Source: an uncultured Acidimicrobiia bacterium
GTDB lineage: Bacteria; Actinomycetota; Acidimicrobiia; Spongiisociales; UBA11373
DNA length: 64,000 nucleotides
Assembly: GCA_964354255.1 (NCBI GenBank)
Contig: CAYGYX010000001.1
Coordinates: forward strand, 38,474 to 102,473
Direction of reading: 5' to 3'
Shown here: positions 35,649 to 48,137 of the stretch, piece after piece
Numbering within the stretch: the first letter of the stretch is position 1
Layout of the letters: every line of letters begins with the position of its first letter
Made by a program: the position numbers and the translations under genes
Notes under the pieces: model-generated
Told to the model about the DNA's origin: nothing
Seen by the model: the letters and a program-made list of their open reading frames with translations, nothing else
Databases searched by the model: none

Positions 35649-36758
35649 ATGCTGCTGACCTGGCTGCAACTGCGGAACTTCCGTTGCCATCCCATGCTGG
35701 AATTCGCGCCGGACTCGGGCGTCAACCTGCTGGTCGGGGGGAATGGCGCTGGCAAGAGCAGCGTGCTCGAGTCGATCGGGTTCCTGGCGACCCTCGCCTC
35801 TTTCCGCAGGGCTCCGGACGCGGCTCTGGTGAGAGTGGGGGAGGAGACCGCGGTGGCCCGGGGGCAGTTTGCCGGGGAAGCCGGGGCCGTGCAGGTCGAG
35901 GTGGAGATTCCCCGTCAGGGACGCCAGCAGATCCGGGTCGATGGCAAGCGAGCGGCCGGGCGGGGGGAGGTGGCCGCACGAGTAGCCCTGGTCGCTTTCC
36001 TTCCCGATGACCTGGATCTCATCAAGCGGGGGCCTGCCTACCGGCGCGAATACGTGGATGACCTGGCGGTCCAGCTTTGGCCGGCGGCAGCCGTGGAGCA
36101 ACGCGAGTACGAGCGTGCTCTGCGACAGCGCAACGCGCTGTTACGGCGCGAGGGGCGGGCTGTCTCGCTTGGTTCGTTGTCGGTATGGGATGAGCGACTA
36201 GTGGTGTTGGGTGCGGTCGTAATTCGGCGCCGCTTGGCTGCGTTGGAGGCGGCGGTCCTCGGTGTCGGGGCCCTGTGCCGCGAATTGGGGGGTGGGGAGG
36301 AGCAGGTGAGTTGGGCATACGTGGCCGCCGGCTCGGGCGAACTGGATCGCGAGGCAACGGAGGGGGTGCTGCGGGAAGGGTTGTCGGCGGCGGTGCTCTC
36401 GGCCCGGCATGACGACTTGGAGCGGCGGACGACGACGGTGGGCCCCCACAGGGATGAGGTGGCGCTCTACCTGGATCGGCGCGATCTGCGTACCCGTGCC
36501 AGCCAGGGTGAGCAGCGCACCGTGGCCCTCGCGCTGCGGCTAGCGGCCTTCGATCTGCTCGCGGAGCGGCGGCGCTCGGCGCCGGTGCTGGTCCTCGACG
36601 ATGTGTTCTCCGAACTGGATGGGGTCCGCCGGGCCCGTCTGGTCGAGCGCCTTCCCCGCGGTCAAGTATTCATATCCACGGCCCATCGGGAGGACGTGCC
36701 GGTGGGCGGCGTCTGCTGGGAGATATCGCCAGGGTCCGTCCGCGGGGCAGCCGCATGA
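35649..36758 (+). CDS. recF: DNA replication and repair protein RecF
   Basis: M45 of ORF 35517..36758. MLLTWLQLRNFRCHPMLEFAPDSGVNLLVGGNGAGKSSVLESIGFLA is the Walker A. The signature is GEQRTVALALRLAAFDLL and Walker B is VLVLDDVFSELD. Confidence 0.9.
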   Translation: MLLTWLQLRNFRCHPMLEFAPDSGVNLLVGGNGAGKSSVLESIGFLATLASFRRAPDAALVRVGEETAVARGQFAGEAGAVQVEVEIPRQGRQQIRVDGKRAAGRGEVAARVALVAFLPDDLDLIKRGPAYRREYVDDLAVQLWPAAAVEQREYERALRQRNALLRREGRAVSLGSLSVWDERLVVLGAVVIRRRLAALEAAVLGVGALCRELGGGEEQVSWAYVAAGSGELDREATEGVLREGLSAAVLSARHDDLERRTTTVGPHRDEVALYLDRRDLRTRASQGEQRTVALALRLAAFDLLAERRRSAPVLVLDDVFSELDGVRRARLVERLPRGQVFISTAHREDVPVGGVCWEISPGSVRGAAA

Positions 36759-37063
36759 GCGACCTCGAGCGCATCGGCGACAATCTCGATGCCGTGCTGC
36801 GGAGGTTGGGATTGCCCGCGGCCGATGCCCTGCAGCGACTGGTGGATGATTGGGCGGACCTTGTCGGCGAGCCGTGGGCCTCGCGCTCCCGGCCCGCCGG
36901 GTTGCATCGAGGCGAACTGGTGGTGGAGGTGGCCGATGGGACCTCGGCCAGCCTGCTCAGATACCAATGTGGGCAGCTTCTTGAGCGCCTGGAGGAGGGC
37001 CTGGGAGCCCGTCTCGTGGACACCGTGCGCCTCCGCCTCGGCAGCTTCAAAAAGGGATCCTGA
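36755..37063 (+). CDS. DUF721 domain protein (DciA-like; positional equivalent of the small gene between recF and gyrB in Actinobacteria)
   Basis: 102 aa. The ATG overlaps the recF stop (ATGA). Sequence MSDLERIGDNLDAVLRRLGLPAADALQRLVDDWADLVGEPWASRSRPAGLHRGELVVEVADGTSASLLRYQ is the DUF721 pattern. Confidence 0.75.
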   Translation: MSDLERIGDNLDAVLRRLGLPAADALQRLVDDWADLVGEPWASRSRPAGLHRGELVVEVADGTSASLLRYQCGQLLERLEEGLGARLVDTVRLRLGSFKKGS

Positions 37064-37134
37064 CCTGGCCTTTTGTTCTTGCCGAGGGGCAGTCTGGTCA
37101 GCGCCGGCGGCTATACTCACAGCAGTGTCGGTGA

Positions 37135-39129
<1,995 letters not shown>

Positions 39130-39132
39130 CTC

Positions 39133-41574
<2,442 letters not shown>

Positions 41575-41659
41575 GCCCCGCGGGCAGGAGCGCTGCTCCG
41601 GAAACGCTGTTCGTCGTAGAGGGCCACCGGTACACTGCCCAGCGTCGCCGATCAGCCAG

Positions 41660-42220
41660 GTGAACATGCCGGTCCAGCGAGTCCGGCGGGTCGTCCGCAA
41701 GATCGACCCCTGGACCGTTCTCAAGGTGTCCCTCGTCTTCAACGCCGTCATGGCGCTGGTGACGGTGCTGGGGACCGTGGTCTTCTGGTCCGTGTTTGTC
41801 AACGCCGGGATCCCCGAGCGGATCAACGAGCTGGCGGTCACCATCGGCATCGAGAACGGGATCACCCTCGACGGCCCGGTCTACTTCCGCATCGTGATGC
41901 TGCTCGCCATCGTGGGGACGATCTTGATGACCGGTCTTTTCACTCTGGGGGCCGTGGTCTACAACCTCATCTCCGATCTGGTGGGAGGGGTCGAACTGGT
42001 GGTGCTTGAGGAGGCGGCGCCTTCTCGCGCCTCGGCCCGCCGGGTGAGCCTGCCGGTGACGATCGCGCCGGTGGAGCGGTCGGGTCCGGTGCGGCAGCTG
42101 CCGAGGGTGGCTCCGCTCATGCCCCCACCCATGCCCGGGGGGACGGCCGCCAATGAAGGCACCGGCCTGACTCCGGCGGCGACCGGAACCGGCGAGGCGA
42201 CTCGCCAAACGGGGACCTGA
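41660..42220 (+). CDS. DUF3566 transmembrane protein (conserved gene downstream of gyrA in Actinobacteria)
   Basis: 186 aa. ...VRRVVRKIDPWTVLKVSLVFNAVMALVTVLGTVVFWSVF... and a second TM, followed by a Pro-rich tail. The start is GTG 41660 or ATG 41666. Confidence 0.7.
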   Translation: MNMPVQRVRRVVRKIDPWTVLKVSLVFNAVMALVTVLGTVVFWSVFVNAGIPERINELAVTIGIENGITLDGPVYFRIVMLLAIVGTILMTGLFTLGAVVYNLISDLVGGVELVVLEEAAPSRASARRVSLPVTIAPVERSGPVRQLPRVAPLMPPPMPGGTAANEGTGLTPAATGTGEATRQTGT

Positions 42221-42227
42221 CGCCGGC

Positions 42228-42992
42228 CTACCGTTCGGCTTCGAAGCCGGCCAACTCCAGCCCCAGGTGCCCGGCCGCCTGCAGGTAGGCCGCCGCTGCG
42301 TCGGCCGGGCGGAAGACCCCGGGGGCCGGCCCGCCCCGGGCGAGGAGCAGTGCGCCGGCGGCCAGGGCGAGGGCAGCCAGATGGTGACGGTCGTCGGCGA
42401 CGGCCACGAGACGGTGGATGCCCTTCCGCCCTGCGACTCGGGCGAGCGCCCCGCCCCACGGACCCTCGACCGGCACCTCGATACGCACGACCGCCGGGTC
42501 GCGGCCGGGTGCTCCGGGCAGGCGGCGTCCCCAGCGAGCCCCCAGGGGGTCGGGGAAGGGGACCGCCTCCCCACGGCGGAGGGGCTTGCCCTCGGTGGTC
42601 CAGGCGACCAGCACTTCGTGTTTGGCCTCGGCGCCCACCGCCTCATGGAAGCGCAGCGCCCCGGCCAGGCCGGCGGGGGAAGCGTTCAGCAGCAGAATGA
42701 GCCCCTGCCGGGCGAAGCGGTCGGCTAGCACCGACGGGGGGTCGGCGTCGGCGGCGAGCACGCACGAGAGGCCGTCTTCAACGGCGATCGCCGCCAGGTC
42801 GAGGGGGGCGGTGGCGTCGTCGCTGATCAGCAGAGCGAACCCGGCCAGGTCGGTGATGGCCATGGAGCGGCGGTCCTCGGTGTCGCGGCTGCGGTGGCCG
42901 TAGATGCCGAGTGCCTCCAGGTCGGGCTCGCCCAGGAGGATTCGCCCGGCACGCTGGCCGATCTCGGTGGTGGGGTGGAGGGCGAGGCGCAT
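42228..42992 (-). CDS. hypothetical protein (no confident family assignment)
   Basis: 254-aa ORF with an ATG start, an Ala/Leu/Gly-rich composition and weak resemblance to NAD-binding-fold proteins. Good GC3 bias. A possible 49-aa hydrophobic ORF lies immediately upstream at ~43000-43149. Confidence 0.45.
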   Translation of the reverse strand: MRLALHPTTEIGQRAGRILLGEPDLEALGIYGHRSRDTEDRRSMAITDLAGFALLISDDATAPLDLAAIAVEDGLSCVLAADADPPSVLADRFARQGLILLLNASPAGLAGALRFHEAVGAEAKHEVLVAWTTEGKPLRRGEAVPFPDPLGARWGRRLPGAPGRDPAVVRIEVPVEGPWGGALARVAGRKGIHRLVAVADDRHHLAALALAAGALLLARGGPAPGVFRPADAAAAYLQAAGHLGLELAGFEAER

Positions 42993-43224
42993 ATCCGCCT
43001 CAGGGGGTGACCGGGTGCCAGGTGCCGGCGGGCGCGGGCACCGGGCGGCGGCGGCTGAGGAGGAGAGCGACGGTGAAGGCCAGGCCTCCGGCGGTGAGGG
43101 CGGCGGCCATGGACCGGAGGGCGAGAGCCGGCGGCCGCGGGGCGGGGGCCATGGCGGCAGTGTAGGTGTGCGTGGGCCGGAGACCTGAGGGCAGGTCTGG
43201 AGGAGGGGCGCCGATTAGCCCCGG

Positions 43225-43469
43225 CCAGGGGAGCCACGGCTACGATGGTTCCGCCCGGCCGTGAGAGTCGGGTTGACTCGGCGGCTCCCGAGCGAGGGAC
43301 GCAAGAGCGAAGTCCGGTTCGACTCCGGCGCTGTTCCCGCAACTGTGAAGCCCCGAGGTGGGACGAGTCAGGTCGCCTGCCGCCGGGTCGGATGTGGACG
43401 CTCTCGGAGGAAGGGTGACCTGCCGTTCCGGCCCCAAGCCCCTCCTCCCCAACTGATGGGGAGGCGCGC
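43225..43469 (+). promoter_or_regulatory. cobalamin (AdoCbl) riboswitch with RBS-sequestering expression platform
   Basis: Conserved aptamer blocks are GGTTCC (~43247), AGCGAGGGAC, GGTTCGACTCCGG, GCTGTTCCCGCAACTGTGAAGCC and the B12 box AGTCAGGTCGCCTGCC (~43367-43382). Downstream, CCCCTCCTCCCC can pair with the GGGGAGG SD of the following btuF-like gene. Confidence 0.75.
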
Positions 43470-44399
43470 GTGAAGCAAACCCTTACTGCGCCCTGGGTGG
43501 CGCTTGTCCTGTTGGCAGTGCTCGTGGCGGCTGCCTGCGGCGCTCGCTCCGGGGAGGCCGATACCACCGCAGTGGCGGCTGGCGGGTTCCCCATCGAGGT
43601 GGCGGGGACGGTGATCCCGGTGTCCCCGCAGCGGATCGTCTCCGCTTCGGCGTCGCATACCGAGATCCTCTACGCGATCGGCGCCGGCGAGGAAGTCGTG
43701 GCCACCGATCAGTTCTCCGACTACCCACCGGCGGCGGCCTCCACCCGGAAGTTCGACGCCTTCAACCTGGCGGTGGAGACGGTGGCTGCCTTCGAGCCGG
43801 ACCTGGTGGTCCTCTCCTTCGACCCGGGCGACCTGCAGTCCGGGCTGGCGGCGCTGGGCATAGCCACTCTGCTGTTCGCCCCGCCGGAGACGCTGGGGGA
43901 TGTCTATCGCCAGGTGGACGCCCTTGGGGCGGCCACCGGCCGGGCGCCGGCAGCAGCCGCCCTGGCAGAGGGGATGGCTGAGGAGGTGGGGCGTCTTGTC
44001 GCTGCGGTGCCGACCCGGGGCGAGGCCCCTACCTACTACTACGAGCTCGACCCCACCTTGTACAGCCTGACCTCACGCACCTTCGTCGGGGGGATGCTGG
44101 CCCTGCTGGGCCTGGAGAGCATCGCCGATGCTGCCGAGGACGGCTCCGGCTACCCGCAGCTCAGCCCCGAGTTCATCCTGGCGGCCGACCCCGATTTCAT
44201 CCTGCTGGCCGACACTCGCTGTTGCGGGCAATCCGCTTCCACCCTGGCGGAGCGGCCGGGGTGGGCGACCCTGGCGGCCGTGGCGGCCGGGAGGGTGGTG
44301 GAGTTGGACGATGACGTGGCCCAGCGCTGGGGCCCGCGGGTGGTCGGCCTGCTGGCGGAGGTGGCGGCGGCGGTGTACGGCGAAGCGGCGACGGGATGA
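43470..44399 (+). CDS. ABC transporter substrate-binding lipoprotein, BtuF/FecB (TroA-like) family, likely cobalamin-binding
   Basis: GTG start. The signal peptide carries a LVAAAC lipobox. A class III periplasmic binding fold is present (IVSASASHTEILYAIGAGEEVVATD...LVVLSFDPGD). It lies immediately downstream of a B12 riboswitch. Confidence 0.85.
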   Translation: MKQTLTAPWVALVLLAVLVAAACGARSGEADTTAVAAGGFPIEVAGTVIPVSPQRIVSASASHTEILYAIGAGEEVVATDQFSDYPPAAASTRKFDAFNLAVETVAAFEPDLVVLSFDPGDLQSGLAALGIATLLFAPPETLGDVYRQVDALGAATGRAPAAAALAEGMAEEVGRLVAAVPTRGEAPTYYYELDPTLYSLTSRTFVGGMLALLGLESIADAAEDGSGYPQLSPEFILAADPDFILLADTRCCGQSASTLAERPGWATLAAVAAGRVVELDDDVAQRWGPRVVGLLAEVAAAVYGEAATG

Positions 44400-45436
44400 A
44401 CCCGGACGAGTCGCTGCGCCGGGTGGGGCCGATCGCCCTGGGAGCGGCTTTGCTGCTTCTGGCCGGGGCACTGCTGGTGGGCCTGCTGGTGGGGGCGGTT
44501 GGCCTGGCGCCGGGCCGGGTGCTGGCCGAGGTCGCCGACCGGCTCCCCTGGGTGTCGGTCGACTCAGGGCTGACGGAGCAGGAGGCAGCCATCGTCTGGG
44601 ATCTGCGCCTCCCGAGGGTGGTGCTGGCCGCCCTGGTGGGCGCCACCCTGGCGGCCGCCGGGGGCGCTTACCAGGGGGTGTTTCGCAACCCGTTGGCCGA
44701 CCCCTACCTGCTCGGGGTGGCGGCCGGGGCCGGCCTGGGGGCGACGTTGGGCATCGTCTCGGTGGGATCGGCCTCGCCGCTGGTGCCGGCGGCTGCCTTA
44801 GCCGGAGCGGTGGTGGCGGTGGCGCTCACCTATGCCTTGGGCGGAGTGGCCGGCGGGGGAAGAGCCGGGACCACCCTGATCCTCGCCGGGGTGGCGGTGG
44901 CGGCCTTCTTCATGGCCGTGCAGACTTTCGTGCAGCAGCGCCACGCCGACACGGTGCGCGAGGTCTACTCGTGGATCCTGGGCCGGTTGAGCACGGTCGG
45001 GTGGACCGAGGTGGGCCTGTTGGCCCCGTATGCGGTGGTGTCGGTGGCGGTGCTCCTCCTCCACCGCCGTCTGCTCGACGTGCTGGCGGTGGGGGAGGAG
45101 GAGGCGGAGACGCTGGGGGTGAGCGCCGCCCGGGTGCGCCTCCTGGTGGTGGCCGCGGCGACGCTGGGCACGGCCGGTGCGGTGGCGGTCGGCGGCCTGA
45201 TCGGCTTCGTCGGCATAGTCGTCCCCCACACGGTCCGCCTGCTGGCCGGCAGCAGCTACCGGGTGATCCTCCCGCTCTCCGTCCTGGGTGGGGCGGCCTT
45301 TCTGGTACTCGCCGACCTCGGGGCCCGGACCATCCTGTCGCCGGCCGAGGTGCCCATCGGGGTGATCACCGCCTTCGTCGGCGGGCCTTTCTTCGCGGTG
45401 CTGCTGCGGTCCGGCCGCCGGGGGTGGGGGCCGTGA
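44396..45436 (+). CDS. FecCD-family ABC permease (BtuC-like)
   Basis: 346 aa, ATGA overlap with the upstream stop. Typical FecCD helices and the conserved LRLPRVVLAALVGATLAAAGGAYQGVFRNPLADPYLLGV. Confidence 0.85.
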   Translation: MNPDESLRRVGPIALGAALLLLAGALLVGLLVGAVGLAPGRVLAEVADRLPWVSVDSGLTEQEAAIVWDLRLPRVVLAALVGATLAAAGGAYQGVFRNPLADPYLLGVAAGAGLGATLGIVSVGSASPLVPAAALAGAVVAVALTYALGGVAGGGRAGTTLILAGVAVAAFFMAVQTFVQQRHADTVREVYSWILGRLSTVGWTEVGLLAPYAVVSVAVLLLHRRLLDVLAVGEEEAETLGVSAARVRLLVVAAATLGTAGAVAVGGLIGFVGIVVPHTVRLLAGSSYRVILPLSVLGGAAFLVLADLGARTILSPAEVPIGVITAFVGGPFFAVLLRSGRRGWGP

Positions 45437-46257
45437 GCGGCATCCGGGCCCGGGGGATCAGGGTGCGCTACGACTCCCTGGTCGCGGTGGATGGGGTGGA
45501 TCTGGAGGTGGAGGCCGGCGAATGGGTGGTCCTGGTGGGCCCCAACGGCTCCGGCAAGACCTCGCTGCTGCGGGCCCTGGCCGGCACGGTGGCCTCGGAG
45601 GGAGAGATCGAGATAGGGGGCAGCCCCCGCCGGTCGCTGGCCCGCCGCCGGGCAGCCCGCCTGGTGGCCATGGTGCCGCAGCACCCGGTGCTCCCCGGGG
45701 GGATGACCGCCGCTGAGTACGTGTTGCTGGGGCGCACCCCCCACCTGGGCTACTGGGCCGCCGAGGGGGCCGCCGACCGCCGCCGCGCCCTGGCCGCTCT
45801 GGAGCGGCTCGACGCCGCCGCCCTGGCCGGCCGGCCGCTCGGGGCCCTGTCGGGGGGGGAGCGGCAGCGGGTGGTGCTGGCCCGGGCGGTGGCCCAGGAC
45901 TCGTCGGTGCTGCTCCTCGACGAGCCGACTGCCTCGCTCGACATCGGTCACCAGCAGCAGGTCCTCGACCTGGTGGAGGGCCTGCGCCGGGAGCGCTCCA
46001 TCGCCGTGCTCGGGGCCCTGCACGACCTGACCCTGGCCGCCCAGTACGCCGACCGCCTGGTGCTGCTCGACCGGGGCCGGGTGGTGGCCGAGGGGGCGGC
46101 GGCGGCGGTGCTCACCGCTGAGCGCCTCGCCCTGTTCTCGGGGGCCCGGGTGGCGCTCCTGCGGGGGCCGGGAGGGGAGCTGGTGGTGGCCCCGCGGCGC
46201 AGCCTGCCCGGGGAAGGCGGTGGAGGACGGATGCCTCCGCGACGGGGAGAAGAATGA
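45433..46257 (+). CDS. ABC transporter ATP-binding protein (BtuD/FecE-like)
   Basis: C-terminal 274 aa of ORF 44128..46257, from the GTG at 45433 (GTGA overlap). Walker A GPNGSGKTSLL, signature LSGGERQRVVLARA and Walker B LLLDEPTASLD are present. Confidence 0.85.
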   Translation: MSGIRARGIRVRYDSLVAVDGVDLEVEAGEWVVLVGPNGSGKTSLLRALAGTVASEGEIEIGGSPRRSLARRRAARLVAMVPQHPVLPGGMTAAEYVLLGRTPHLGYWAAEGAADRRRALAALERLDAAALAGRPLGALSGGERQRVVLARAVAQDSSVLLLDEPTASLDIGHQQQVLDLVEGLRRERSIAVLGALHDLTLAAQYADRLVLLDRGRVVAEGAAAAVLTAERLALFSGARVALLRGPGGELVVAPRRSLPGEGGGGRMPPRRGEE

Positions 46258-47156
46258 GGGCGAGGCGACCCCGGCCCTCGCCGGGAAAGCTGTTCCGGCC
46301 GGGGCGCGAGCCGGTTACCCTGCCGAAGGTGAGGTCGGCGAGCCGTCGGGCCGGGGAGGCTGGCGCCATCCTCCTGATGGGGCTGGTACTGGTCGGACTT
46401 GGTGTCCCCGCCGGCGGGACAGGAGACTGGGAGGTCGGGGATGCCCGGGGCCGCCTGCAGCGGGTGACTGCTGCCCTCGAAGGCGAGGCGGACCGCCTGG
46501 AGGGACTGGCAGCGGACCCGCGGCTGGGCGGGCCAGCCGGGGCGATCGACCTGGCCGGCTATCTGGCCGCCGCCGAGGTCCGCGTCTGGCAGCTGCAGGT
46601 GGAAGCGAGCGAGGCGGCCTGGGGTTGGCTCGTCGATGATCTGGCCGCCTACCGCCGCGCCCTGCGCCGGATGGTCGAGATGCGCGAACGCCTCGGGGAC
46701 TTAGCCGTCGAGGGCGCGGACGGTCTGCCGCGGCCGGGCCGGACGTGCCCGGTGGACGGCCCCGGCCGGTTCTCCCACACGTGGGAGGAGGAGCGTCCCT
46801 GGGGGCGGGCACACAAGGGCGAGGACGTCCACGCCGACTCGGGGACGCCGCTGGTGGCGGTGGAGAGCGGCACCGTCCTCCAGTCGGGCTGGCACTGGGC
46901 GGGTGGCTTCGGGGTCTGGCTGGCCGGCTACTACAGCGGCGACGTCTACTACTACGCCCACCTCATGGCGATAGCCCCCGGGGTCCGCCCCGGGGCGACG
47001 TTGGAGACGGGCACCTTGCTGGGCTGGGTGGGTTCCACCGGTAACGCCACCTCCCCCCATCTGCACTTCGGGTGGATCCCCGACGACCCTGAGCGCTGGG
47101 CCGACCTCACGGGCCTGGACGACCCGTACCCGCTGCTCGTCGGCCTCTGCCGCTGA
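46254..47156 (+). CDS. M23 family metallopeptidase
   Basis: The ATG overlaps the ATPase stop (ATGA). The N-terminal TM/signal is GAILLMGLVLVGLGV. A coiled-coil-like region and a LytM domain (HKGEDVHADSGTPLVAVESGTV...YYAHLMAI...GWVGSTGNATSPHLHFGW) follow. Confidence 0.75.
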   Translation: MRARRPRPSPGKLFRPGREPVTLPKVRSASRRAGEAGAILLMGLVLVGLGVPAGGTGDWEVGDARGRLQRVTAALEGEADRLEGLAADPRLGGPAGAIDLAGYLAAAEVRVWQLQVEASEAAWGWLVDDLAAYRRALRRMVEMRERLGDLAVEGADGLPRPGRTCPVDGPGRFSHTWEEERPWGRAHKGEDVHADSGTPLVAVESGTVLQSGWHWAGGFGVWLAGYYSGDVYYYAHLMAIAPGVRPGATLETGTLLGWVGSTGNATSPHLHFGWIPDDPERWADLTGLDDPYPLLVGLCR

Positions 47157-47174
47157 TCTGCGCTGGGCGGGCCC

Positions 47175-47963
47175 TCAGACGCCCAGGGCTCGGCGCAGCA
47201 CCTCGGGTAGGTCGACGCTGTGGGCGGGGTGCAGCGAGGTGACCGACACCAGCCCTTCCGCCGCCGCCTGCACATCGGTGCCGGCCAGCGACGAGAAGTG
47301 GTTCAGGTAGCCGCGGTAGTCGTGCACGAACACCCCGTGGCCGGCCCGCCGGAAGAGCCGGTCGTAGCCCACCGAGGCAACGGAGGTGAGGCGGCGGGGA
47401 GTGCCCCGGTCGGCCGTGTCGGGCATGTTGACGCTGAGCAGCACGCCCTGAGGGGCGGCGGCGAGCACGGGGGCCGTCATGGCGGCCGCCACCGTGGAGA
47501 GGCGCTCCCACATCTCTATGGAGTCGGGGCTCATCGCCCAGGGGCGCCAATCGCGCCAGGCCCGGCTGATGCTCTGGGTGGAGAAGGCGAGCGCATCGAT
47601 GCCGCTGATGGACGCCTCCAGGGCGGCGCCGATGGTGCCGCTCGATTGCAGGTAGGCCGAGCCGTGGTTGAAGCCCACGTTGATCCCGGAGACCACCAGG
47701 CGGGGAGGCTCCTCGAACAGGGTGTGGATGCCTAGTTGGGCGCAGTCGGCGGGGTAGCCGCTGGCGGCGTGCATCTGGACGCCGTCGCGCTCGATGGCTT
47801 GCACCGTCACCGGTTCGAAGCGAGTGATGGCTTTCCCCACCCAGGAGCGCTCGCGGTCGGGGGCCACCACCCGCACCGGCGCCAGTCCGGCAATGGCCCG
47901 GGCCAGGGCCGGCAGCCCCGGGGCGTCGACGCCGTCGTCGTTGGTGACCAGGATCCAGTCCAT
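47175..47963 (-). CDS. surE: 5'/3'-nucleotidase SurE
   Basis: 262 aa. MDWILVTNDDGVDAPGLPALARA...VVAPDRERSWVGKAIT...SGINVGFNHG is the SurE signature. Confidence 0.85.
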   Translation of the reverse strand: MDWILVTNDDGVDAPGLPALARAIAGLAPVRVVAPDRERSWVGKAITRFEPVTVQAIERDGVQMHAASGYPADCAQLGIHTLFEEPPRLVVSGINVGFNHGSAYLQSSGTIGAALEASISGIDALAFSTQSISRAWRDWRPWAMSPDSIEMWERLSTVAAAMTAPVLAAAPQGVLLSVNMPDTADRGTPRRLTSVASVGYDRLFRRAGHGVFVHDYRGYLNHFSSLAGTDVQAAAEGLVSVTSLHPAHSVDLPEVLRRALGV

Positions 47964-48137
47964 CGGCGCAACGATAGGGCCCGGCCGGTGGGGCTCTGCC
48001 GGGGACCGGCCGGCCGGCGGTCGAGGAGCGGCCGGGATTCACCCGGCCGGGCCTAACCGGCCAGCCGGGGGCCCCGGGTGGGAACCATCCGGCCGCCGCC
48101 GGCTCTCCAACCGACGACGAACCACCCAGGAGGAGCC

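Noticed and set aside
44128-46257. 709-aa ORF covering the permease and ATPase genes
   Set aside because: Only the C-terminal 274 aa (from the GTG at 45433) form the ABC ATPase. The upstream part is the permease gene read in another frame (Pro/Gly/Arg-rich nonsense).
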